Source: Ylistrum balloti
Lineage: Eukaryota
DNA length: 64,000 nucleotides
Assembly: GCF_031769215.1 (NCBI RefSeq)
Contig: NW_026781965.1
Location: 2,914,001 to 2,978,000, forward strand
Reading direction: 5' to 3'
Part shown: positions 48,186 through 58,370 of the stretch, piece after piece
Numbering within the stretch: the stretch's first letter is position 1
Layout of the letters: each line of letters begins with the position of its first letter
Notes under the pieces: model-generated
Told to the model about the DNA's origin: nothing
Seen by the model: only the letters and a program-made list of their open reading frames with translations
Database searches by the model: none
Position numbers and translations under genes: made by a program

Positions 48186-49531
48186 ATTGGTGCTGACGAT
48201 AGGCTTTAAATTAACGCTGGTCCTCTAGCCCTCTCGCCAGAATAAATCTCTGTCCCGCTGGTTGTTGTTATATTACCGTTAAGAAGTTGTTTGACGTCAT
48301 TTAAAACATCATATCTCAGTACTACACAGAGGATAATTTCAGTTACGGGCGCAGTATCACTCCATTTGTTACTGTTTTAACGATCTCATGTAGTTCCTTT
48401 ACTGCCAGTTTATAATGACTGAATATTCTTAAAGCAAGTTCCGCCACTGGACCGACACCTGGCGGAAGAAGACTGCTTTGATCCCAGACGTTCTGCTTTT
48501 GTGACAGTTTGTGAATTCTAGTGACCCATCCCGACTCTGAAAGCTTACGGGATAAAGATAACCCCCTCGCGCCTTCTGATGAACATCGTTGAAAGATGAT
48601 GCTAAACCAATTATACGACGGAGACTCCGTACCAATTGTTCCGATCAAGCGCGATCAAATGTCACGATGTCAAAGTTGTGTCCCCTCTATATATAAGCTA
48701 TCATATAATGCACAGTGTAATACATTTTAAGTAGATTTCTTGACACAAAATTTTAAAATAATTCATTTTGTCCAAATGCAGCTTTGGTACTAGTTTACCA
48801 GCGTCATTGGTGGCGTCAAGACACCTGTCCTTTTGCTGAAAATCAAGCACGAATTCCATTAGTATTTTGTGCATATTATCAGCTAATGTGTATTTTTCCT
48901 TTGTCAAACCTTTTAAAATGTATACATACATTGTATACTTTCAATTATTAATCCCCAGGAATACCAAGAGATACGTTATCACGCGATCACATTTTGGATA
49001 CACACAGTTTACACAGTAAATATGTCAATGCTTGATTTACAACCCAAATAACGCTCATGTGTGTCTTCTCCTTCAGAGCCTTTAAATTGGATATATGCCC
49101 CTCCCCCTCCCAAGGTCTCCATCAATTGGTGCTCGAGAGTATACCATCACCATCGTATACTGTGTGCATTTGCTCGTTTTATAGATTACTAACAAAGACG
49201 TATTTATGACACAAATAGAAGTCGTCGTGTTGATTGTGCAATACGGCCTTTGCTGTCTTGGTGATTAACACAACAAACACATTCCATTGTTTACGGTAGA
49301 CCTGACATACCACACACTACACTAAACAAATAAAAGCGACTTCGCAATAGGTTTTTGTCCTCTCCGAATAATTAAATAATTTAATAGTTATTGAAACTAC
49401 TTGCATCGTGCAAAATTCAGGGCCTGCAACTTTTTAATTACAGAATTATTGCCTTTTGATTTTTTTTTTGTGTCCGATAAAATCGTTTTCGGGTAGTATT
49501 CACTGATATTCTTGTTTTTAAGTGTCTACTA

Positions 49532-50011
49532 GTCACGTCAAGGCCACGTGAAATTATCAATGATTTCAATTAGTGTTTGGATGGAGTGAATTTAATTAAA
49601 TTTGTCATTAGGTTATGAATGTATCTAGACAAGGTATCTGTGGCGAAACTCGACTTAACATGCCTTATCTGTGTATGCTAACATATTATAAAGAGCTAGA
49701 CTTGTTAATACATTGTTAAAATGTGACAATTCATTTTAATCCAGATCATTTTAATCCAGATCAGGTAAATACCATGCCAAATATTAGTATAAATTTGGCT
49801 CTGTCATTGGTACATGGATAAAGAGTTACAGTTTGATAAATATATACACGCCGAGACCTCCAGCAACGCTTGTGACAAGACAGTAAATAATTAAAACAAA
49901 TTAGTTTATCCTACTTTGTTTTCACTGTTTTAAGTCCACGAAACGGCCAGGGACTTAAGATATAGACATTTTTTTGAAAATAAAAATAAATGGTGAAATG
50001 AACCACGTGAC
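49532..50011 (+). promoter_or_regulatory. E-box/CRE-like motif cluster upstream of proximal LITAF first exon
   Basis: gtcacgtca 49532-49540, cacgtga 49545-49551, cacgtgac 50004-50011; motif matches only. Confidence 0.3.
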
Positions 50012-50361
50012 ACGCCACTGAATTGTACACAACTAACGTCACAATGTTTGATTTAAATCGATACAGAAATGGTAGTATTTATTGATAACGATTACTCTAA
50101 TAAACACTCGAATCAACATTTTTTATGTAATAACGTCTTTGCGTACAGCATATTTACGGAAGCAAAGTATTGTAAAATTCATATACATTCCGTCCTGGAG
50201 GGCTTCCTTCCACGGAGAATCAGCCATGCGGTACGGACAATGAAATAATGTGTGTTTGTGCGGTATCGACTAACATTGCCTACCTGCCGATAGTCGCTTG
50301 CAGTCAGGCCGCTACTGACATCAGAAAAACAGGTTAGGTGTTATTACCACCAGCACCCACG

Positions 50362-50434
50362 ATGGCTCAACCTCCACCACCCCCGGGATATACCCAACCT
50401 CAGCAACCTATGGGATATCCCACACAACAATCAG
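50362..50434 (+). CDS. LITAF: LITAF-family gene, proximal first coding exon (MAQPPPPPGYTQPQQPMGYPTQQS)
   Basis: ATG 50362 in acgATGG context; PPGY motif; donor TCAG|gtaaga in phase 1. Confidence 0.82.
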
Positions 50435-50858
50435 GTAAGAAGTGGTTTAGTTCTGAGCTTCTTATTTCGGAATGGTAGATACACGGTGGTTAGATCTAAT
50501 TATCTATGTATAGCCATGAAATATTTTACGAAATTGATCAGGAAATCAGAACGAGTTATCTGTAATATTTGTTTACTTGGATGAGCTTATTGAACGCTGT
50601 CTCTGTAAGAATGACAATGTCTCTCGTTTAATGATGAAAAATAAAACCGACCATCTACATTTACAATTTGTGTAGGCGTGCGAAGAAAGCGAAATCCGCG
50701 ACTTAGAAATGGATCGACAGAATGACTGACCGGAGAAAAACACGACGCCATAATGCTTGTAACTTTAATCAAGATGTACAATGTGCCAGAAAAATCGTTG
50801 GTATAATTATATGTCATTGAAACGTGACTCAATGAGGCCAATTAAAACAAAAGATATC

Positions 50859-50975
50859 TATGGAGCCCCGGAAGGGACATCACAGTTTTTTTTCTTAATT
50901 CCGAGGCCTCGGTTTAGCAATCCGTGGCCTCGGTTTACTAATCCATGGCCTTGGTTTAGTAAACCGAGCCATTAA
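50859..50975 (+). mobile_element. Possible one-ended IS3EU-type MITE remnant
   Basis: Starts tatggagccccggaagggacat, followed by short internal repeats with palindrome ccgaggcctcgg; partner TIR not found. Confidence 0.35.
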
Positions 50976-51019
50976 ATGGCTGTTCTGAGCAGGGTGTTTT
51001 TTCATTAACGAGCCGTTAA

Positions 51020-51795
51020 AGCCCCAACCTACCCCCACCCCCATCCCCAACCCCTAACACATCCCCCAACCCCATCCCCAACCCCAAACACATCCCCCAA
51101 CCCCATCCCCAAACACAACCCCCACCCCCATCCCCAATCCCAAACACAACCCCAACCCACACCCCCAAACCCCAGACACAACCCCAACCCACACCCCCAA
51201 CCCCAAACACAACCCCAACCCACACCCCCAAACCCCAAACACAACCCCAACCCACACCCCCCAACCCCAAACACAACCCCAACCCACACCCCCAAACCCA
51301 AACACAACCCCAACCCACACCCCCAAACCCAAACACAACCCCAACCCACACCCCCAAACCCCAGACACAACCCCAACCCACACCCCCAACCCCAAACACA
51401 ACCCCAACCCACACCCCCAAACCCCAAACACAACCCCAACCCACACCCCCAAACCCCAGACACAACCCCAACCCAAACCCCAATCCCAAACACAACCCCA
51501 ACCCACACCCCCCAACCCCAAACACAACCCCAACCCACACCCCCAAACCCCAGACACAACCCCAACCCAAACCCCAATCCCAAACACAACCCCAACCCAC
51601 ACCCCCAAACCCCAGACACAACCCCAACCCAAACCCCAATCCCAAACACAACCCCAACCCACACCCCCAAACCCCAGACACAACCCCAACCCAAACCTCA
51701 ACCCCAAACACAACCCCAACCCACACCCCCAAACCCCAGACACAACCCCAACCCAAACATCAACCCCAAACACAACCCCAAACCATACCCCCAAC
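51020..51795. repeat. C/A-rich minisatellite (about 26-28-bp unit), extreme strand skew
   Basis: ccccaaacacaaccccaacccacacc; source of the three spurious Gly/Trp/Val/Cys ORFs. Confidence 0.97.
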
Positions 51796-53080
51796 ACCCG
51801 CCCGCATTCCGCGCTCCACACTATTCAGAAATGACATTTTATTATTTTTTTTTGTCATAATTAACACAGGTGGAGTGTTGCCATTTTTTCTTTGGTATGT
51901 GACAGTTGAGCATAACTATGCCCTTTTGATATTTCACGCAGGACACAAACATCTATAATAGCATGTATGATGTTAAAACCAAAAGAGGTCGGCTATGATA
52001 TTAGCTATCAAACCAGGTACAGTTTAGTAACGCCGAGTGACCAAATTTACATCACTATATCAAGGATGATTGACACATATAAGTTGCAATAGTAGCGGAT
52101 AATGGCCGGATATACGTCACCATAGTAATATAGGATTACCTCATTTACCACTGTACTTCAATGTTATTAATTATGAGCTTCACCACTGATGTTTAGCGAT
52201 GGGGATGTTTACAATTCTTGAAGCTTATTCTTAGTGTTGATATTGTATAAGACAATCGCATGTATCGGAATTGTCCTAATTAAGAATTTATTCGAGTCGC
52301 CATATTTTGAATTTAAGCTATCCTTCTATTGAGATTTAGTATTTATCCGGATTCACATTTCTTATTCACTGAGAACATTTAAACAAATACAGCTGAGAAC
52401 AAACGTCAGGTAGTCATAATTATTATGTTACAAATTCGGATTATATATATGTGCATTTAGTTGGTCCTTCCATGTGTTTTCACCTCTTAAGATCTATAAA
52501 GGGCGGTTCTCTAACATTCATTGGTATCGAAATTGTGTTAGAAATATATCACATCAGTCTTTAAACTCGCGACCAGGCAGAACCTGTCATTATATTACTA
52601 GTGAGGTGTACATCTACAATGTAAACTCAGCGGTACCCTAATGGGACAAAATGAACTTGGTAGCAAGTGATATTGTATCCAGTCTGTACGGTTCCAGTCA
52701 TGCTCGCCTTCGCCACCAGTCTGTTTAAAAATTCCAGTTCTGTCACTGACTCCTGGTTTCTACTGGTGTCCACACAATCCGGCTTAATATTCCTCTTCTT
52801 CACCGCCTGTCTGACGTCTCATTCAGTTCTGTCAACAACTTATGATTCGTCCATAACATCTATAGGACTTTAAAACCTATAGCTAGTTATATCACCGGCG
52901 TTTCCCTCAAAGATGACACGTACGCACTGCCAATCATTTACAGCTGAGTCTATCCCAACAGGAAGCGTCTTCTTCAAGAGTCCAAACTGATGTCTGTCCC
53001 AAGAGCCGAACCAGTGACAACTTTAAATCACTTCAATACTTATCTAACCTCGGTTCATATTGATTAAATTTCTGCTGCAG

Positions 53081-53252
53081 CTCAACATACTGTGATAGTC
53101 ACGAATCCGGGATATGCACAACCCATCAATATTTTCCGTGAGAGTCCCGTCAGCATGGCCTGTCCATTTTGTAATGCGCAAATAGTCACTTCCACTTCAT
53201 ACGTCACTGGCACGCTCGCCTGGCTTCTCTGTGGCATCCTGATCCTTCTGGG
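53081..53252 (+). CDS. LITAF: LITAF-family exon: N-half of LITAF domain (AQHTVIVTNPG...FRESPVSMACPFCNAQIVTSTSYVTGTLAWLLCGILILLG)
   Basis: tttctgctgcag|CT...CTGGG|gtaagt; first CxxC knuckle plus hydrophobic membrane-anchor segment; phase 1 to 2. Confidence 0.93.
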
Positions 53253-53347
53253 GTAAGTGTTCTTATCATACATACTTTACCTGGCGCCAAGAAAGAAAAT
53301 GCTCAAAAGCATCAATTTATTGTCACAATATCAAATTACCAACAAAC

Positions 53348-54150
53348 TACAGTCCCAGCATTCAAAGTCCAGAGTCAACACTAGTGTCAACATCAAAATA
53401 TATATGTACCACAGTCCCAGCATTCATAGTCCCATGTGTCAACACTAGTGTCAACATCAAAATATATATGTACCACAGTCCTTGCATTCATAGTCCCATG
53501 TGTCAACACTAGTGTCAACATCAAAATATCAATATACCACAGTCCCAGCATTCAACGTCCCATGTGTCATCACTATTGTCAACATCAAAATATATATGTA
53601 CCACAGTCCTAGCATTCATAGTCCAGAGTCAACACTAGTGTCAACATCAAAATATCTATATACCACAGTCCTAGCATTCAAAGTCCAGAGTCAACACCAT
53701 TATCAACATCAAAATATCTATATACCACAGTCCCAGCATTCATAGTCCCATGTGTCAACACTAGTGTCAACATCAAAATATCTATATACCACAGTCCCAG
53801 CATTCATAGTCCAATGTGTCAACACTATTGTCAACATCAAAATATATATGTACCACAGTCCTAGCATTCATAGTCCAGAGTCAACACTAGTGTCAACATC
53901 AAAATATCTATATACCACAGTCCTAGCATTCATAGTCCCATGTGTCATCACTATTGTCAACATCAAAATATATATGTACCACAGTCCTAGCATTCATAGT
54001 CCAGAGTCAACACTAGTGTCAACATCAAAATATCTATATACCACAGTCCTAGCATTCAAAGTCCAGAGTCAACACCATTGTCAACATCAAAATATCTATA
54101 TACCACAGTCCCAGCATTCAACGTCCCAGTTGTCAACACTAGTGTCAACA
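53348..54150. repeat. Minisatellite, 62-64-bp unit in LITAF last intron
   Basis: aacactagtgtcaacatcaaaatatatatgtaccacagtcccagcattcatagtcccatgtgtc; period 53377 to 53441. Confidence 0.96.
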
Positions 54151-54292
54151 TTACTACAAATATATCGCACTCGCCAAATAAACATTAAATTGGGTTATGT
54201 CTTTAAATTTTGCAAAATTTTAAGTGTGGAGTTAACATAAAAAATAGTAACCATGTCGTCTTTGTCGTTAACGTAAGTTATCTTTACCTCAG

Positions 54293-54401
54293 ATTGTGGA
54301 TCGGCTGTTGCCTCATTCCATTCTGCCTTAATGGCTGCAAGGATGTCATTCACTCCTGCCCAAACTGCAACCAACAGGTCGGCAAGTTTAACCGTATGTA
54401 G
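54293..54401 (+). CDS. LITAF: LITAF-family terminal exon (GLWIGCCLIPFCLNGCKDVIHSCPNCNQQVGKFNRM*)
   Basis: tctttacctcag|AT; CCLIPFC and KDVxHxCPxC are the canonical LITAF C-terminal signature; stop TAG ends 54401. Confidence 0.95.
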
Positions 54402-55754
54402 ATAAAATGGTATATCGGGAATAACTACTTAACACCAGTTTTAAATCGACGTGGATCGCGTTTCTATTACATCTGTTATCAAACGTGATCTCAACCATCT
54501 AGAATTGGAAAGATGTCATAAAAATGAAGGAAGGAAATACTGTTGTACCAGTATCAGTGAAATAGTGAACGATCAACATTGTTCTCAAACTAACTGTGCT
54601 GTAGGAGATTGTACAGCAATCTATTATGAAGTGTTTTTGTTTGTAGAAAACCTATAAGGATACGTCCTTTCTCATTGTGATACTTAGTGGTATAGTTGTG
54701 ATATGTAAATAACCTGTGTGTCTAGTTAATGTCGTTCTCAGCTGAACTTCAATATCTTGGACGGAAGGGAATGGACATGCTGCTTGAAACCTTGAGGTTT
54801 AAAACTGTTTTAACCAGACCACAGAAGCTGGGTTTTTTTCATGCAAGCCCTGTACAGCTGACAAACTTCATTTACAGATTTTGATAATTTAGTAGAGACC
54901 TCCATCGCTTTATCACAGAGATGATATATTTTTGCTTTCTTTAAAGATAATGAACGAAACCTATAATTCTCCAGGTCGATAGATAGACATGAAAGATAGT
55001 AATAGTATAGTTCTCAGACTTAACCTTGGTCTATGTGCCATGAAATACAAGTATACAGTATTGCTTTCTGTGGTAAACGTATTAATTCTATCTACACAGA
55101 AATTTGCATATATGTCATCCATTTAACTTAGTTGTATGTGTTTATTACTGTGTTTTTGGGGCATTAATTTAATAACATTATATTGGTAGGTGTATTCGAT
55201 ATTATTTCTGTCTGTTACTGGGTTTTTTTTTCTAACTATAGTGGCGTTGATTTGTTCTTTTATGAAACGAATGATAAGATACGACTAGAACAAAATCGGT
55301 TGATAGCATTACATCCAATTTGATGGTGTAATATACACTGCTGCTGTTGATGGGGTGGACTTTTTATCTATGTGACATAAACAAGAAATACCACACATAT
55401 CTTTACCCATATTTCATGCTATATTTTTCTTGACATTGTTTTCATTAAAATTTGACAAATTTTGTATAATAATTGGATTTGTTTTAATTGCCAATCTATA
55501 GTAATCATTTATCGATTTACACAAATGGCTGCTGATGATGAGTCTTTTTATTGATTAAGCTAATGAATATTTACATCACCTATTTATTGCATATCTGATC
55601 GATATATTTACTATTTTACAAGAATAATTCAAAAAAGACATACCACGGTGTCTGCAGGTGTAGGCGACATTTTCTGGACCAAAACTTCATTCAAAATATA
55701 TAGTTAAATTTATTCACAAGCAAAAAGTAGTTGTCTGCATTTTGTAAAACACGT

Positions 55755-56215
55755 ATATATTGTATTGTAGATTGTGACAGTGTGTGGACGGCTGTACACA
55801 TATATTGTATTGTAGATTGTGACGGTATGTGGACGTTTGTACACTTATATTGTGTTGTAGATTGTGACAGTATGTGGACGGCTGTACACATATATTGTAT
55901 TGTACACTTATATTGTGTTGTAGATTGTGACAGTATGTGGACGGCTGTACACATATATTGTATTGTAGATTGTGACGGTATGTGGACGTTTGTACACATA
56001 TATTGTATTGTAGACTGTGACAGTATGTGGACGTTTGTACACATATATTATATTGTAGATTGTGACAGTATGTGGACGTTTGTACACATATATTGTATTG
56101 TAGATTGTGAAAGTATGTGGACGGCTGTACACATATATTGTATTGTAGATTGTGACAGTATGTGGACGGCTGTACACATATATTGTATTGTAGATTGTGA
56201 CAGTATGTGGACGGT
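55755..56215. repeat. Minisatellite, 45-bp unit
   Basis: gattgtgacagtatgtggacggctgtacacatatattgtattgta; source of the spurious 293-aa ORF. Confidence 0.96.
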
Positions 56216-56907
56216 TAATCTACTTTATTGCAAGTTGTGTACCAGAACATGTTTATTATATTGTAGTTGTAACATTGTGGACGGTAGTACATATCTATTG
56301 TACTGTAAGTGTGACACTATGTACTTGTATATATATTTTTATATTGAATATGTTTCTACAGTGTTTGTAGTTGTGACATTGTGGACGGTACACATAGCTG
56401 ACAGTGTGTACAAGTACATATTTATAACACTGGGTCTATATTTATCATACATCATAGTTCCTCGTGACAAGGTACGCCATGTATATATATTGCAGTCAAT
56501 ACACATATCTTTTCGGACTTGTGTTAAAGCCATGCCACATAATGAGTTCAATATATGTAAGGTTTCTGATAAACAAACTGACGTACCTGGCCTTTTTGGA
56601 CAATCTAAGTAAGCGGGTGATATATTTTAAGCGCCATGGTGTTATTGATTAAATCTATCCATGTACGACGGGCACCGCCACTCGTCTATTCATACTAAAA
56701 CATGTACATAGCAACTCCGGGTAGCGACAACCAAACACAAGGAGTACGGAAGGACAGCAGAATCACACGACCTCAAGTGGAACAAACATTTGCAGTGAAA
56801 ATACACACGACGGGTAAGCATCTAAAAATACGATATAACCCGGAAGTACACAATGGTAAACCACCATGTTTGAACATATAGGGTACTCTCTGGTAACAGA
56901 CTATACT

Positions 56908-57265
56908 GAATAGGGTTTTAAACCCCTTTCCTAGGAAAGGGGGACACTAAGAATATCGTCTGTGTTGTCCGTGAGTACGTCCGTGCTTGCGTCCGTGGTA
57001 ATCTTGACAATCCATGAAGTCATATGACAGATTTACTACATATTCATACCGCAGCTTCACCCCACTAAGGTCTAGACTGGATCCGATTTTAGTAATCATC
57101 GGCAATAGTTGAGAGTCAAAGATAACAGATTTATGTGATGTGGATCCTGAAAGCAGTTGTAGAACCAATATGACATCAATTAACCCCTGCATAACTCTAG
57201 ATCAGAAGGAAATGATGAATAGGGGCTGATCTATCTATATTTAGCAACTGCTCTCCTTGTTTATA
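56908..57265 (+). mobile_element. Possible HINE-type element
   Basis: Perfect 20-bp palindrome cccctttcctaggaaagggg (56923-56942), degenerate (gtcc)n tract 56959-56996, candidate 3' subTIR gaataggggct near 57217. Confidence 0.45.
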
Positions 57266-58259
57266 TGTCTTATGTTCTGTTTTGTGGGATTGGAAGAATG
57301 GAGACGAAACAACCACGGACGTCGTTTTGCCATACAATTATGGATCTCTTGATTATTATATTTTTGTCGGTAACATTATGTGCGATGTAACTGTTCTTAT
57401 GCAGTATTACAATTAACTTACATGAAAATATCGCTCCGTTGCCTTAATGAGAACTACCATACGCCTGCAATTTTTTAATCTAGGTCGATGATATGGAATG
57501 GTATGTAACCTGCCATTCTTCTTTCATTAGTAAAGCGTGAGACCATGGCATTGTTTTTCGTAGGTAAAAATTTTATATCATTCCACACAAAATCGTATTT
57601 TTTCCATTTTCTCTATTTTCGTGTCAAAAACTCAAATTGAATTATCCAAGTAATATATCAACAATTTTGTGTTAGTTTCATGTCAAATAGGTCAAAGAAA
57701 GTCACTAATTTAGATCTGTAAACTGTTGTTAAGATAATGTACGCATTCCTGACATGTTTCTCGAATTTCAATTCAAGATAAAACGCTTTACAGTTTAACC
57801 GTTCGTTCAAGTGCCGATACTCTACATTAATATCACTACACTTCCTCATTCCCGTTCTTATTGATTGAAATTTCTTTCATCAAAGTTATACACTCGATGC
57901 CTTAAAGGTTAACATTCAGTTCATGTTCCAGTGTGATGGTTCCTAAGTCAAACAGCCGCGCGATAAACTATATCTTCATGAAGAGCATGCCATGAAGAAG
58001 GCGATGTCCACAAGGATTGCTCCAAAATGGTTTAGCACCCACATCTTGTTACGTACGAGGCCAGGATCGGATAAAAAAATGTTGTTCCAAATGTATACAA
58101 TTGAAGGTGTTAGCAAAGAGCCAGACTGTTCTCATCTTCTTTTATATAATACTTTTAGTTTCAGCAAGATGTTGACAAACGTTTCAAGTAATTAAACAAC
58201 AACAAAAATACTGATATGTCAACAAAAGCTTAATGCAAACTTAAATTTGATGAAGCTAT

Positions 58260-58370
58260 GCAATATATGAACAAACGAAAAAATTACACGGAGACTTCTG
58301 AAAAAGTACACGGAAAATAAGCGCAGGTGTTCCGGAAGAGTAAGCGTCTTCTGCTCCATCGACGACGCCC
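58260..58370 (+). repeat. Dispersed repeat family copy
   Basis: gcaatatatgaacaaacgaa...caggtgttccggaagagtaagcgtcttctgctccatcgacgacgccc; aligns by eye to 62449-62549 and to the reverse complement of 63241-63287. Confidence 0.8.

Noticed and set aside
48200-48700. GC-richer minus-strand ORFs 48343-48648 and 48429-48635
   Set aside because: May be a transposon relic, but I recognise no motif and see no splice signals; needs tBLASTn.
51016-51821. Three overlapping 220-255-aa Gly/Trp/Val/Cys ORFs on the minus strand
   Set aside because: Open in all three frames only because the G/T-rich strand cannot form stops; simple repeat.
52660-53030. Coding-looking minus-strand stretch inside the LITAF intron
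   Set aside because: Interrupted by stops with no recognisable domain; probably a decayed TE.
55731-56612. 293-aa Cys-rich ORF with 15-aa repeats (metallothionein-like look)
   Set aside because: 45-bp repeat without stops; tail is compositionally random; no splice or start context.
57950-58130. Minus-strand reading ...DPGLVRNKMWVLNHFGAILVDIAFFMACSS* as a terminal exon
   Set aside because: No AG acceptor with a pyrimidine tract in the right place and no partner exons found.
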